DNA from: Octopus vulgaris
Lineage: Eukaryota
Assembly: GCA_951406725.2 (NCBI GenBank)
Contig: OX597819.1
Location: forward strand, 115,134,001 to 115,198,000
DNA length: 64,000 bases
Direction of reading: 5' to 3'
Shown here: positions 1 through 13,759 of the stretch, one piece after another
Numbering within the stretch: the stretch's first letter is position 1
Layout of the letters: each line of letters opens with the position of its first letter
The notes under the pieces: model-generated
What the model was told of the DNA's origin: nothing
The model's database searches: none
What the model saw: the letters and a program-made list of their open reading frames with translations, nothing else
Translations under genes and position numbers: made by a program

Positions 1-979
1 ATTATTAGTGTATCTCATTCTTGAAACCCAAGTTAATTATAGTGACAACTGTAACCTATTAGAATCTACTCTCCTTTTCATTACAGACAACAATATGCAG
101 AAGTTCAGTTTAAGAATTAACAGTGTTGATCTTACCAGACTGAAAGCTTGTAAAAGCCAGGATGCAGATCCTTGTTTTCAGGCTGACATGCATAAAGTTA
201 AAATAATTTCGTTTTATATTTATTTTATACAACCAGTTGTTAATTCTACTTCTCAGGTGGCATAGTTATTCCCTTTTCGTTACTTTTTATTTATCAATGA
301 AAATATTGGTTTCAAACTTTGGCTCAAGGCCAGCAAGTTCTGGGGAGGGGAAAGTTGGTTACATTGACTTCAGTGTTCAACTCGTACTCTATTTTATCAA
401 CCTCAAAGGATAAAAGGCAGAATTTGAACTCAGAACCTAAAAATTGATGAAATGTTATTAAGCATTTAACGATTAACGATTCTGCCAGCTCACCACCTTT
501 ATCATCATCATCATTGTTTAGCGTCCGCTTTCCATGCTAGCATGGGTTGGACGGTTCAACCGGGGTCTGGGAAGCCAGAAGGCTGCACCAGGCCCAGTTT
601 GATCTGGCAATGTTTCTACGGCTGGATGCCCTATGGAAATATTCCCAAATTGTATGATAGTGTTCTGAGGTGATCAGATGTTCCTTTATGTTTAATTTTT
701 TACATATAATTGCAAGGACCTAGTTGTAGCTTGTTGTAGGAACAAACTAAGCTTCTCTCATGTAAAGGTCATCTTCCTTTTATATTAGGTTGTTTCATTG
801 TATGGGTGCAGTGTGGTCTATGTGTGCCCAATGATCATATTCTTTATATTTTGTTATAGAGCCAGGCCAAAATGAGGAAAATCCGTGTAATCTCTTTTTC
901 TTTTAATTCTTCGTTTGTGTTAGCCGTGAGTGCTGTAAGTGCTTGAAGCTTTAAGCCTGTGTGATTTTTTTATGTTGTA

Positions 980-1300
980 CACAAAGTCAGAAAACAGCAC
1001 AGCTTCCATGACGTTCGGAAACAGTTTTTCATGCTAAGAGTTGATGAAGCATGGAACAAACTGCCAGCATCAGTTGTTAGTTGTCGGAGCGCTTCATCCT
1101 TCAAAACTTCCATGCTTTCTGAGATTTGCCAACACTACACCTGATTTTCTCTCCTCCATACACACGCAAGAATGTATCTAACTGATACACTGTTCGCTTC
1201 CCAGACATTTGTACAGTACTGCATATACTTTATACGCACTTTTGACAAGTTGTGGTGCACCTGAGCACTGTATACAATAATTTCATTATTACTATTATAA
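980..1300 (+). mobile_element. CR1/L2-type LINE 3' end
   Basis: Encodes ...RKQFFMLRVDEAWNKLPASVV and ends in (ATT)n; similar to 13185-13759 and 19181-20030. Confidence 0.7.
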
Positions 1301-1524
1301 CGATGTCCAAGTTACACTTGATGTTGCTGTTAAAGAAGGGAGATGGTGGATTTGGTAAGTGCTGCAAGTAGTTGATCAGCATGTTTTCAATATAACTGTA
1401 TTTTTCAGACATTTTCGTATATAGTATATGCTTACATAAATAAAAGATATTGTGAAGAATGCAGAGAAACTTGGCCATAAATTCAACAATTTTAATAAAA
1501 AAAAAACGAAAAGTCGAAACACAA

Positions 1525-1765
1525 AGGGAAGTCACTCTTCATTGATATTTTATCAGATGTGACTACTGGGGGCGCCACCTTATCCGTGACTCTTACACTG
1601 CAGCACAAATGGATGCGTAGACATGTTGTCGATATAAATTCGCATCTCATGGGGAAGCTGAATTAAATATGCTAAGTATATATCGCATAACTGGTGAAAC
1701 GATGTGTGTTTATCAACTTGAAAGTTTCTCTGTACAGCTGAAAGTAAGAGAGAAGTAAGGTAATT
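1525..1765 (+). promoter_or_regulatory. Conserved promoter module and putative non-coding exon 1 of ZNF gene 1
   Basis: AGGGAAGTCACTCTTCA at 1525, GGCGCCACC at 1571, then GTAAGGTAAT donor-like site at 1755-1764. Homologous to 6982-7220 and 20365-20600. Confidence 0.6.
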
Positions 1766-2859
1766 TCTCTGTAATACTGTAATTAGTGGTTGTTTAGGTT
1801 ACGGTTATATCTCACTCTTAGCAATTTATTAATTGATTTACTTGGCAACAGAATATTGTCAATATCTGAAATGTCAACAGACGAGACTGTTAAAATTACA
1901 ATAATTAAAAAAAAATGACATCCAGTTTGCAAGTTTTGTCTTCTGCTTTAATTTCCTGCATATATATAATCATAATTCCTAATATATATAGGGAAAATAT
2001 TAAATGGAATTTGAACTTATTTTAAACTTTTCTTTTCATTATGAATGTTATATGGCGTTCTGATTATGTTTTGAACAAAAAATAGGTTTCTTTTTAATTA
2101 AAGAGAAAAAATTGCAATTAAAAAGAAGAAAGAATTTTAAATCTGAAATTAATTCGGATTATTATATATGCATGCTTGTATTAATGAATGAAGTACATGT
2201 AACTATGAATAATTTTGGTGTGATCTATTCAAACTGTTAGCAGAATATGCCATGTTGATTGACGAAAGTGAAAGTGATATTCTACATTCAAAAGTTGCCA
2301 AAAATACTGTAGTCCTAAATCTCTAAACCCTAATTAGATCCCAATTTAAAAAGGAAAATTTTTTCATCTTTTTTTTTTTTTTTTTTTTTTTCAGATTCTG
2401 AATTTCTGATCTTCAAAACATAATTTGAAAGCTGTTCAAATGTAAAAGCATAGAAAGAGAGGGATTAAAAGAAATAAAAAAAACATGTAGGATTGCTTTA
2501 CTGCAGCATCATTTAATCAACCAGCAGAAAGATGAAAAGTAAAACGAACCATGACAGAATTTGAATTCAGCGTAATGAACTGTACCGCTACTCCAACGTA
2601 CTGATGACTCTACCAATCCAAAGCCAGTCAAGTCATACATAATTCATTGATGGCCAAATAGAATACTTGACTGCTGGTACAGTTTCGGTTTCCACCTCAT
2701 AATTTTACTTTTCACGCTTTATTTTACATTCACCTACAGTAGATACACAGAAGTTTCAATATTATTTTGAAAATAATTGTAAGATAACAAATACCAGATA
2801 AATTTTACAATGTGAAGGGAAAAGAGTTTTTCAAAATATTTTATTTACATAGAAATGTG

Positions 2860-3582
2860 ATGGAGGAAACATATATCTATTGTGAAATTCATCCTGACAG
2901 TGATACAATTATTGACAAAACACCATACCGCTGTAGAATTTGTGGAGAAGCATTCAGTAGCAATGATTCTTTAAAACGTCATAAAGAAACTCATGGTGAG
3001 AAACCATACAAATGTTATATCTGTGGAAAAGCGTTTTCTAGAAACTGTCATCTTACAGTTCATAACTATAGTCATACCGGTGAAAAATCATACGGTTGTG
3101 ATATATGTGGAAGAGCATTTGCAACGAGTAGTTCACTAAATGTTCATAGTCATATTCATACTGGTGAAAAACAATATAAATGTGATATTTGTGGGAAAGC
3201 TTTTCTTAGAAACAATGAACTTTCATTTCATAAATATAGTCATACTGGTGAAAAACCATTCAAATGTGACGTTTGTGACAGAGCATTTATTAGAAGTAAT
3301 TCTTTAAAACGCCATAAACTTACTCATACTGGTGAAAAACCGTATAAATGTGACATTTGTGATAAAGAGTTTTCTAGAAACCATGACCTTTCTGTTCACA
3401 TATACAGTCACACTGAAGAAAAGCCTTATAAGTGTGACTTTTGTGGAAAAGAATTTTCTAGAAACTGTGACCTTTCTGTTCATATATATAGTCACACTGG
3501 TGAAAAACCATACAAATGTGAAATTTGTGGGAAAGCATTTTCTCGAAATATTTCATTAAGAAGACATAAGAAGATTCACTGA
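2860..3582 (+). CDS. C2H2 zinc-finger protein, 8 fingers (ZNF gene 1)
   Basis: ORF 2812..3582; first ATG at 2860 (MEETY..., matching the MEE start of both paralogues). Eight CxxC-x12-HxxxH repeats with TGEKP-type linkers. Acceptor (T)nCAG at 2393-2394. Confidence 0.93.
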   Translation: MEETYIYCEIHPDSDTIIDKTPYRCRICGEAFSSNDSLKRHKETHGEKPYKCYICGKAFSRNCHLTVHNYSHTGEKSYGCDICGRAFATSSSLNVHSHIHTGEKQYKCDICGKAFLRNNELSFHKYSHTGEKPFKCDVCDRAFIRSNSLKRHKLTHTGEKPYKCDICDKEFSRNHDLSVHIYSHTEEKPYKCDFCGKEFSRNCDLSVHIYSHTGEKPYKCEICGKAFSRNISLRRHKKIH

Positions 3583-6356
3583 GGGAAAACAACCAAATCT
3601 GAGCAGCAATTTCATTGATATAAGTGATGTTTGATTTTTATTAAATAAACTTTCTTACATGCCAACCAATAAATTACAGGTATTTGTCCATTTTGTAGCT
3701 TCATTTAAAAAATATTTTATGTATTCTGATAAGCCTTCAGTTCTTTGTCAAATAACATCTAACAACAATTATGTCTGAGAAACCAGTTGTACTACTACAC
3801 AACTGCCACACTTGAATCTATTCTCTCATTGTTAGTTGAAGTAATCCTTCTCCTTCTAGATATTCCTATTGTACAGTAAACATTTACTTTTTCTGTATGA
3901 ATTCAAAGGTAATAGTTTACGTTTTCAGATGAGAATGTAATAAAGATGTTAGAAAATATGATAAACAACAGCATAAATCAACTCCAAAATTAGACATTTA
4001 GTCACACTATTGTGATCTCTAGTTTTTAAAACTTGGATCAAAAGAATCTTATTGTTCTTCAGATCAGCAAACACTATTATTTTGCCTAGCTTAAGACCCT
4101 TCTGACAAAGTAGTCCTGCAACATTAAGTTCTCATCAAAGAGCTTTATTGTGATATTTGACAGACCTCTCCCTGACTCACATTCTGTAAACTTTGTTGTG
4201 TGACTCAAGATTCAGCTTAAATTTCCAGTACGCTATTTTTTGTGTATTAATAATCTCAGTGTTATTTTTGACAACATACATTCTAATACAGCCAATATTT
4301 ATCTTTACATTATGATATTTAGCATACTGGTATCCAACCCATGCAAGCATGGAAAAGAGGATGTTAGAATGATAAAGGTGATGGTTGTGTCATCCATCTG
4401 AAGCCCAGATACTTCACACTGGATATATTCTACTTCTATAAACTGATACTTTGAAAATATCTTCAAATGAGGACATGACAACTTATCTACATTTTTGTTT
4501 TGACTCTTTGCATTCTGAGTGCAAATCCTGTCGTGTCCTGCTAAAGTAGTAAATTTAACCTATTGCCATTAGTGGAATTCACTCTACTGCAAGCATTCAG
4601 TGCAGGTCTCTGGTTTAAGGATACTTTATCCCCTCCTACCAGTCTTGAAAACCCTTTAAAGAGCTTTCCCTCTTGAATAAAAGATGAAAAAAAAAAATCT
4701 CATTCAATTCCATGAACTACAGTTGCAATACAATATTATATGTAATTGATCGGAAACAACTCACAATTCAAACTTTCAGTATCTTTAAATACTAGGCAAT
4801 ACAATCTCTCATAATTCTAGCATTGTCCACATATCTCAATTATTGTCAACATACTTCTGAAAGGCTTTCATTTCAGAGCTGAATGTTCTATAATACTGAA
4901 TGACTACTAACCCTCAGTAACTACAAGTGTTACCCATATCAGTATGCTTACAAATTCATGGCACTTAGATAATTTGTCAGAGACCTAGTCACAGCTTAGA
5001 GATTAATTTCTCTTTCTATACCATATATCTGTGTAGCTGAGGGCCAAAAATCAATGGTACTACATATATTAGCAACCAAAAACACACATATATATTTGTT
5101 TAACTTAATTTTTCTTATGTAATTATGTTGTATATGACATAAAGGTTTTCTCACTCAACCTTTTTTCTGGGTGGTTGACATTTTGATGCCATCTGGTTAA
5201 ATACTATTACTTGGTCCACTTTTAGTAGAGTTCACTCTCTTGCTAGTACTCAAACCAGGTTCTGTTTGCCAATAACTAGAATTACACCCACTAGACTATT
5301 CTCCCTCTTTTCACTAACATTTGTGAATTCCAAATCAGCCTAGTCCCTATATATCAGCTGTTTATTAATGCACTTCTCCATGAAACACAAATCTATCAGC
5401 CTCTGTCTATTTCCCTTTACTTCTGTACAGGTTATACTTTTACAATTGTTCAAAATTTTCAGAAGAGTTTCATTGTCATTGACTGCTTATACAAATGCTT
5501 GTACACTTCTTGCCTTGATAAAGAGTGAAAAAAAATCACATTTTTTGGCAGCCAAAATGTTTAATTTCTTGGAAAAGATTCTGCTGAAACTTGGGATATT
5601 TTCAATTGTAATGAATGACAAACACCCAATTAAGAAAGGAATATGCCTTCAGATTTTCAGAAACACCATGATTAACTCTACTGGTATTATTTTTTCAATA
5701 GTAATCAAGTTTTCTTTTTATATATACTTTCAAAGTACTTATAACCACTTGCATCACGAGTATCTTGAATGACTCACCAAAGAAAAATATTAATGAAATA
5801 ATTTTTTCAATTTCTTACTGTAATAATGGCAATTACTTGATGGGTTTTTAGTTTCTTGACATATTGGTTTCATCTAGTAATGAGCTATTTTGCCATTTCT
5901 AGTATCACTAATTAGATCTTCAAACTTTCAATTAAGAATATTCTTTGTAATAAGCAGAGTATTTACTTTCGGTAATCTTTTTAAAACGATCTAAGAGATA
6001 ACTAGTTTTCACCTGCTGCACCCAGTTTTATTGTGAATTCCGACGAAATACTTACAGATTAACAGATAATCAATAAAAGGCATACACTTACGACACTGGT
6101 TTGTTCTTTGTCAGATTCAGCGACTTGTATTGCCTAGTGTGCCTAGCGTGGATTGTTGAATGATTCTCACATGTGCCCAGAGCGAAAATATCTTCAAAAT
6201 AAGTCTAACTCTCTCTCTCACTTTTTACTCGCTGTTTCCAGTGTGTACCACTCATAACAATGAAATGTTTTATTGAAATAAACTTTTTGGTTCGTTATGA
6301 TTTTACGAACGTCAAATAGGAAATTACCATGTGCCTGTGCTTTAAGAATGGTACTG

Positions 6357-6577
6357 GAGCTGGCAGAATCGTTAGGACGGTGGGCGAAATGCTTAGCGGT
6401 ATTTCGTCTGCCATTACGTTGTGAGTTCAAATCCCGCCGAGGTCGACTTTGCCTTTCATCCTTTCGGGGTCGATAAATTAAGTACCAGTTACACACTGGG
6501 GTCGATGTAATCGACTTAATATCTATGTCCTTGTTTGTCCCCTCTATGTTTAGCCCCTTGTGGGTAATAAAGAAATA
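6357..6577 (+). mobile_element. tRNA-derived SINE, family 1
   Basis: A box TGGCAGAATCG, B box GAGTTCAAATCC, core CCTTTCATCCTTTCGGGGTCGATAAA; GGTACTG direct repeats at 6350 and 6578. Degenerate relatives at ~318-500 (-), ~6751-6955 (+) and ~30280-30495. Confidence 0.82.
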
Positions 6578-6981
6578 GGTACTGAATTTGGTGGTTGATT
6601 GTCTTTGAGGAGATAGTGAATTTAGTAGGTGTTACCAAAAGTTATTCTGAAAGTACTTACTACATAAGGGGGAAAATACCGTAAAGTAGGCCGAGAATCT
6701 AAAGTGTCATGTTTATTAAGAGTGCAACAATTCTAATATAAAAACATTTAAGGTGGCGAGCTGGCAGAATCGTTAGCACACCGGACAAAATGCTTAGTGG
6801 CATTTCGTTGTCTTTATACTCTGAGCTCAATTCCGCCGCGGTCTTTGCCTTCCCTCCATCTCTGGTCAGTAAAATAAGTACCAGCTGAGTACTGAGGTCA
6901 ATGGAATCGACTTACATCCTACAGTCAAATAGTAGGTCTTGTGCCAAAATATGAACTTAGAAATACATGTCCCTTAAATGA

Positions 6982-7220
6982 AGGGAAGTCACTCTTCATT
7001 TGTATTGTCCCAGAAGCTAACGAAAGCGGCGCCACCTCTGCAATGTACATACACATATACACACGCGATTATGTAGATGCGAAATAAATTAACCATTAGC
7101 CTCTTATGTTAAATCATACAAATGTTCTAACACATACATTTTACTAAGGTGTAGTGGTTTGTGTGTTTAACTATATACAGTGCTGAATTAGAAAGAAGAC
7201 AGTGCTCTGGTAAGGTGAAT
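6982..7220 (+). promoter_or_regulatory. Conserved promoter module and putative non-coding exon 1 of ZNF gene 2
   Basis: AGGGAAGTCACTCTTCA at 6982, GGCGCCACC at 7028, CAGTGCTCTG|GTAAGGTGAAT donor-like site at 7210. Confidence 0.62.
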
Positions 7221-7834
7221 TTTGTGTGATATTAATATAGGCAGTTGTTAGAAGCTTTAGATTACAAAATTATTTAAATCTTGTTAAATTTTGAATAAAT
7301 CCAGATTTGGATATTGCAGATTTGCTTTTTATATTTCCTTTTCGCATTAAATACTCTGTTTTTACGTTCACCTATTCAAGATGCGATTTAAAAAGTTACA
7401 GAATGTCTCAAGGAAAATTTAACAGCGAATAAAGCTCAAAGCAGTTATTCTTCCTGTCATATTCTCTTTTAAAACTAGTTAGATCAATGATCAAAATATA
7501 TAAATTAATAATTTATATATGCTGTCATGTCTCGATCATTGATGTAAGCGTTTTAAGCTGGTGTGACATGTTTGTGAAGAGCGTAATTTTCATCTTTATC
7601 TTCTGTTGCATTACTGTGTAAAGAAATATTTTCGGCGGATATAAAAATGTTGTAAAAAGTAAAACTTGGGTGAAGCTCGAAACTAAACTACCGACTAAGC
7701 TTAGTTTATTAGTTAACTTTATTAGCGACGCACCTAACCGATTTGCTAAGTGATTGTTAATATAAGAATTATTGCATTCTCCACATCCTTTCTCTTGTTA
7801 TGTACTATCCTTACAGACGTCGGACCTTAATACC

Positions 7835-8071
7835 TATTTCTTTACTACCCACAAGGGGCTAAACACAGAGGGGATAAACTAGGACAGACAAACGGATTAA
7901 GTCGATTACATCGACCCTAGTGCGTAACTGGTACTTAATTTATCGACCCCGAAAGGATGAAAGGCAAAGTCGACCTCGGCGGAGTTTGAACTCAGAACGT
8001 AGCGGCAGACGAAATACGGCTACACATTTCGCCCGGCGTGCTACTGTTTCTGCCAGCTCACCGCCTTAACA
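7835..8071 (-). mobile_element. tRNA-derived SINE, family 1
   Basis: Reverse complement of the 6357 element; TAATACC direct repeats at 7828 and 8072. Confidence 0.82.
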
Positions 8072-8960
8072 TAATACCAAAGCCTGAAGATTCATAATTT
8101 ATTTAAGGAAAGATACAGCAATGATTTATCGTTACCATCTACCATTTATTTACAGTTTACATAGTTAGTCTTTGCTCTCCCTTGCTTGATCCTTAGGTAA
8201 ATGTATTAATCCACGTGATATCAGGGCACATCCACAAAACGGTTGGCTTGTGTGAAACATCTAAGAGTTTGCTCAATCCGAATACTTTATACTTAAGCCA
8301 CAAAACCATCTGTTATTTCACACGCAATTAAGGCTTTTAATATGTACAAAGGCATTTAATATGTCGTTGGTGGTGACCAAAGAAAAATTCCATACTCACC
8401 CTAACTCCTGAACTCGAGTTTCACCACCCAATGCAGCTTAATGTCTTTCCCATAACACTCACGACATCCATATTTCATTTTTGTGTTGTATGTAGAGATA
8501 TATCGAATATTAATGCATTCTTTGCATATCAGTTCACTTTTACTTTCCCTCTATACTCTCCCTACAAGATAATAGAATTGGTATTTTTTGTTTGTTTGTG
8601 ATCACAAATTCAAGGTGGAAATATTGGAAACGCTTTTCGGCCGAACATGTCGAAATGGCACAACACTCCTTTTTCCTCAAAATATTTCTTCAGATTCCTA
8701 TAGTTTTAATAACAGAGGTAGTATTTTGTTAAAGTGAATAAAATAAAACAGATTTTTAAGTGTTTAATTTTCACCCATTCATCTGCCACTTTTTTCCCTT
8801 AACTATAAAACTCATCGGGTGACAAGTAACTGCTTCCTCTAATCCTTTCTTCTCATATAAAGAACTTTCAGCAAATTGCTATTTAGATCAAAACAGAAAG
8901 CAGAACTTACTTATAATGGCTAAACTAGTTTTCATGTCATGTCTTCGTTCTCAGTTTAAT

Positions 8961-10509
8961 TACAAGATTGAGTCAAAAGTTTTGCAATATTTTGCTTATT
9001 TGCTTTATTCATCAAGTTACAAAAAAGCAGCCTAGCTTTCAAAATAAAGGCCACCTTGTTGCACCATATGAAGCCATTTTTTTACCAGTTCTTTGATCCC
9101 ACAATGATGCTAGTTTTTGCTCTTTGTGACAAAAAACTCCTTCACTGAAGCTTCCACCTCCTCTTGGTTATTGAAGCATCATGAGTGTAGGAAGTGAGCC
9201 ATGGATTGGAACAATTAATAATCTGATGGAGCTAGGTCTAGACTACAAACTGAGTGTTGCACGGGGGTGGACTGAGCCATCAGTCAATCGGGCACTACCC
9301 GAGGGCCTGGAGCTCCGAGGGGCCCGAGCCATGGATTGGAACAATTAATAATCTGATGGAGCTAGGTCTAGACTACAAACTGAGTGTTGCACGGGGGTGG
9401 ACTGAGCCATCAGTCAATCGGACACTACCCAAGGGCCTGGAGCTCTGAGGGGCCCACACTCTAGATGTTAACTCTACTTATACACACATTCAAAGGGACC
9501 CAGTAAACAGTTATGCCTGATGGCCCTCAATACTCTCAGTCTGCCCCTGGCATGGCATCAGTTTGATTTCCTCAAGTTTCTGGAGTTTATTCCTGGTTGC
9601 TTGAGTGGTAGGTTTTGCATTGTTTTGCTATAGAATAGCTTACTTTCTGTTGGGTATTTTTGCCACACAATGGCATGCATCCACTTGAGCTGTTTGGAGT
9701 ATAGGATAGCATTGATACCAACCAGCCCAGAATGAACTTATAATAGTGAATTATCCCCTCATAATTCCACTATACACAGTATTACTTTGTGTTTTAAATA
9801 CCCATGTTTGGTGGTAGGTTCTAGAAGTTACCTCTTGCTTAACCACTGCTTATGCATGTTAGGAGGGTGGAAAAAATCCCCTTTTCATCACATTATTAAT
9901 CTTTGAAACACAGGTCATGTAGGTTTCCCAGGATTGGTTGCAAACATCCACTGGCCTCTGTGTTGCGCTCGGGTCAATTTGTTAGGTAGAGTTTGGCAGG
10001 CTAGTGTGCTTTTGCTGAGATTGTGAAGGTGATGACCCCACTGAACTGTGAAATTCTTAGCTTCCCTCTTACTCTCTGAATGCTACTCACCAGATATTTA
10101 CTTTTTTGGCTTGGAGCACAGACTCAGAATCCATGGTTTTAGGCCTACTTGACCTTTCCTGATTGTTAAAGTTCTTGCAACCTGAGCGAAATTTCTTGAA
10201 CCTTCTGGTTACTGTACTGTGATCAGTTGTACCTTCACCTTTCATACAACAAATGTGTTTGGTTGTTTCTGCAGTGTTACGACTCATTTAGAACATGAAA
10301 AGCATAAATTCCTAAATTAGACTACATTGCACAGTCATCTGTGTGGCTTTCAAATCAAAAATAGAGTGAAGCAATGCACACTGCATCAGCACATCACCTA
10401 CCACAATACTAGCAGCCTCAGTAGGTACTTTTCATGGCTTGAACTGCTTTGGTCATGCTGCAAACCAGCACATATGTAAATATTGCAAAACTTTTGACTC
10501 TTCTTTGTA
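8961..10509 (-). mobile_element. Old degenerate mariner with a nested MITE-like insert
   Basis: TIR cores GAGTCAAAAGTTTTGCAATATT (8970) and AATATTGCAAAACTTTTGACTC (10479-10500). ORF 10087..10287 resembles the mariner N-terminal HTH (STVTRRFKKFRSG...RSSRP). Insert with GGGG(T/C)RGACTGAG ends at ~9260-9550. Confidence 0.72.
9196..9455. repeat. Tandem duplication, 2 x 130 bp
   Basis: GAGCCATGGATTGG...GAGGGGCCC starts at 9196 and again at 9326. Confidence 0.9.
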
Positions 10510-10840
10510 AATAATTGATTAATATTTTATTCTCAGTATCTAATTTAAAGCAGTTAAAAGTACAGTTTGTTGGTTATTTCAAACCTTTCCTGTGAGTCTT
10601 TAACCCTTTAGTGTTCAGATTATTCAATCAAACATAATGCCTATTGATTCCCATTAATTTGAATTAATCATGCATTGTCTCATATCTTCAAGATGTTGAT
10701 GGTGTAATTACTTAATGTAGAATAACATTGTAGGGTAGGTGTGAGAGCCTGGATCTGGTCAGTTTGAACATAAAACAGATTAACTATTTTGGCCGGATAT
10801 GGTCGGTTTAAATACTAAAGGATTAAATAAATGTAAATAT

Positions 10841-11214
10841 AGGCGTAGGAGTGGCTGCGTGGTAAATAGCTTGCTTACAAACCACATGATTCCAGGTTCA
10901 GTCTCACTGCATGGCACCTTGGGCAAGTGTCTTCTACTATAGCCTCGGGCCAACCAAAGCCTTGTGGTGAGTGGATTTGGTAGATGGAAACTGAAAGAAG
11001 CCTGTCGTATATATGTATGCATTTGTGGTCCCCCCCCCCCCAATATCACTTGACAAACGATGCTGGTGTGTTTACGTTCCTGTAACTTAGCGGTTCAGCA
11101 AAAGAGACCAATAGAATAAGTACTAGGCTTACAAAGAATAAGTCCTGGGGGGGTCGACTAAAGGCAGTGCTCCAGCATGGCCACAGTCAAATGACTGAAA
11201 CAAGTAAAAGAGTA
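10841..11214 (+). mobile_element. tRNA-derived SINE, family 2
   Basis: GTGGCTGCGTGGTAA ... GGTTCAGTC head, CTTGGGCAAGTGTCTT core, 3' GACTGAAACAAGTAAAAGAGTA. Same family as 16805, 22124 and 42409. Confidence 0.8.
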
Positions 11215-11904
11215 TACGTCATCATTCTTTTTTGCCCACAGTGTAGGTTTGGTTTAGATTTAAGTAGTCATTTGCTCCAAGCTTTCTTTGTGGGCAGAAA
11301 GGCAAGGAGCATACTTCTGTGTGTTTCAACAGACTTTGAAACACACTAGGATAATCTTGTGTGTGTCTATGAAGAGAATTACTAAGTCTATTTACATATT
11401 TAAAGTTTACACACACACAATTCAGCTGTCACACAAGTAAAATTATCACTGTTTGGGCCTTTGTTGATCACAAATTAATATTTATTTTCTTTCATTTCAG
11501 GTTATCCCATTCAGTTGGAAAATTTTCTACCAGAAGGATTGTGATTCAACAGACTTAGTTGAAATAAACGCTGTAACATTTATCAGTACTTTTTTTTTTT
11601 TTAGATTAAAAATATGCTAAACATCCTGAGCTGAATAGTAAGATAGCTGTGACCAAATTTGCAATTTAAACTGATACAACATATTACGGGTGAATGATCT
11701 GAAGTAAACACCAAGAGATTTAGATAGAGAAGATATAGTTCAGTGTGAAACTTGTTGGAACATTTGTATTTTTATTGTATTTGTAATTTGAAAAATTGGT
11801 ATATTTAAGATGATTTAAATACCTGAAACACTTTTCTGGTGTGAAGTTTATGTGAAAACAAGTTTTTTCAAAAGAGTAATTTGTCTGCATGTGAATGTGT
11901 TAAG

Positions 11905-12771
11905 ATGGAGGAAATATACTACTGTGAATTTTGTAATAAGTTTCTTTCTACCAGTCAAGCATTGAATGCTCATAAGCTCATTCACTCAAGAGAAAGACCT
12001 TACCGATGTGAGGATTGTGGAGAAGCATTTACTCTGAGTACTGAATTATCATCACATAAATGTGCTTTCCATGTAGGAGACAAACGTAAGCACTGTGAAA
12101 TTTGGGGGAAATCATTTTCTAAAAATTCCAACTTATCATCTCATAAACGTGCAATTCATGCAACACAAAGACCTTACGACTGTGAAATTTGTGGAAAATC
12201 ATTTTCTCAAAAAGGAACTTTATCAAATCATGTACGTATCGTTCATATTGGAGAAAAGCCTTATAAGTGCAATGTTTGTGAAAAACCTTTTGCTAGACAA
12301 TCATCATTAAAATGTCATATATACCTTCATACAGGAGAAAGGCCCTACCATTGTGAAGTTTGTGGGCACACATTTACTAAATTGACGTGCTTAGAAAAAC
12401 ATAAACGAGTACACACAGGAGAAAAACCATACACTTGTGATGTTTGTGGAAAAGCATTTTCCAGAGGGTTTAGCTTAAAAAGACATCAAATTCTCCACAC
12501 TGGATTAAAACCTTATATTTGTGAAATCTGTGGGACTGCATTTTCAGATTACAGTAACTTAGCCAGCCATAAACGTGTTCATACTGGTGAAAGGCCATAC
12601 CAGTGTGAAACTTGTGGTAAAGCATTCTCTAGAAACCGGGACCTTTCAGTTCATGAATATAGTCATACTGGTGAAAAACCATATCATTGTGATATTTGTG
12701 GGAAAACATTCTATGTTTATAGTCGCTTAAGAACTCATAAAAATAAAGTCCATTTTGGAGAAGAGCATTAA
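11905..12771 (+). CDS. C2H2 zinc-finger protein, 10 fingers (one degenerate) (ZNF gene 2)
   Basis: ORF 11881..12771; ATG at 11905 (MEEIYYCEFC). Finger 3 reads CEIW (TGG at 12103-12105 replaces the second Cys). Acceptor tttcatttcAG at 11499-11500. Confidence 0.93.
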   Translation: MEEIYYCEFCNKFLSTSQALNAHKLIHSRERPYRCEDCGEAFTLSTELSSHKCAFHVGDKRKHCEIWGKSFSKNSNLSSHKRAIHATQRPYDCEICGKSFSQKGTLSNHVRIVHIGEKPYKCNVCEKPFARQSSLKCHIYLHTGERPYHCEVCGHTFTKLTCLEKHKRVHTGEKPYTCDVCGKAFSRGFSLKRHQILHTGLKPYICEICGTAFSDYSNLASHKRVHTGERPYQCETCGKAFSRNRDLSVHEYSHTGEKPYHCDICGKTFYVYSRLRTHKNKVHFGEEH

Positions 12772-13184
12772 CACTGAAATTCGGGAAAACATTTCATTGG
12801 TTGTATTTATTTAAAATACAGAAGCAAATTCACAAATTTGCACCTATGTCATATACCTAGGAAATATTTTCCTAAAAGTTTTAAAACATCTCTATATAGT
12901 CCTCATTTCAACTAAATTTTATAGGAAAGACACTGTCATGGCCAATGGGTTTTTTTCAGTTCCTTCCTATGTATGTTGGAGGTATATATCTCACTCATAT
13001 TCAATTTGGCATGGTTTCGATGGCTAGATGCCCTTCCTAACAATAGTATGTATACAATGTATAGTGGTACAGTAGACACATTATATCATGACACCAGCTC
13101 TGGTAAGGCTACTTTATATCTTGCAAAGCTTAATAGTTTTTACTGCTCTACCACCCTCCAGCTATCTATATGGCTATGGTGTGG

Positions 13185-13759
13185 CCACACTTAGAATTTG
13201 CATCACCAGTCTGGAACCTCTATCTTGCTCAGAACATTGACATCCTGGAAACTGTTCAGAGATATGCAACCAACTGAATACTCTCCATCAGGCATCTACC
13301 ATACTCTGAACGCCTTGTTTCCCTGGGCATGCATACTTTGAAGCTCTGATGTCTGGCAACTGACTTGGTAAACACCCACAAAATTATTAACCATCATGCC
13401 AACAACAACCTTGAGCACCTTTTTGAATTCCATGTCTATCACATGTAGGCATGCCTCCAAAGTCAGAAAACAGCACAGCTCCCATGACTTTCTAAATATC
13501 TTTTCACACTCAGATTTGCTGAAGCATGGAACAAACTACCTGCATCAGTTGTTAGTTGCCAAGACATTGCTTTCTGAAATTCGCCAGCACTACACCTGAT
13601 ATCCTCCCTCCATATGTATGCAGACATGTATACCATGACTCTTGCACTGTTCACTTTCCTGACATTTGTACATAATTCTATGTACTATACATGCACCTTT
13701 GATAAGTTGTAGTGCACCTGAACACTATACACAGTAATTTCATTATTATTATTATTATT
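13185..13759 (+). mobile_element. CR1/L2-type LINE 3' fragment
   Basis: Degenerate ORF2 C-terminus (LEFASPVW ... EAWNKLPASVV) and (ATT)n tail. Confidence 0.7.

Noticed and set aside
8-265. 85-aa ORF or possible exon at the window start
   Set aside because: GTG start, no recognisable domain and no convincing donor site.
5368-6200. 134-aa ORF and a possible hAT transposase C-terminal relic on the minus strand
   Set aside because: Similarity is too faint to support by eye and no termini were found.
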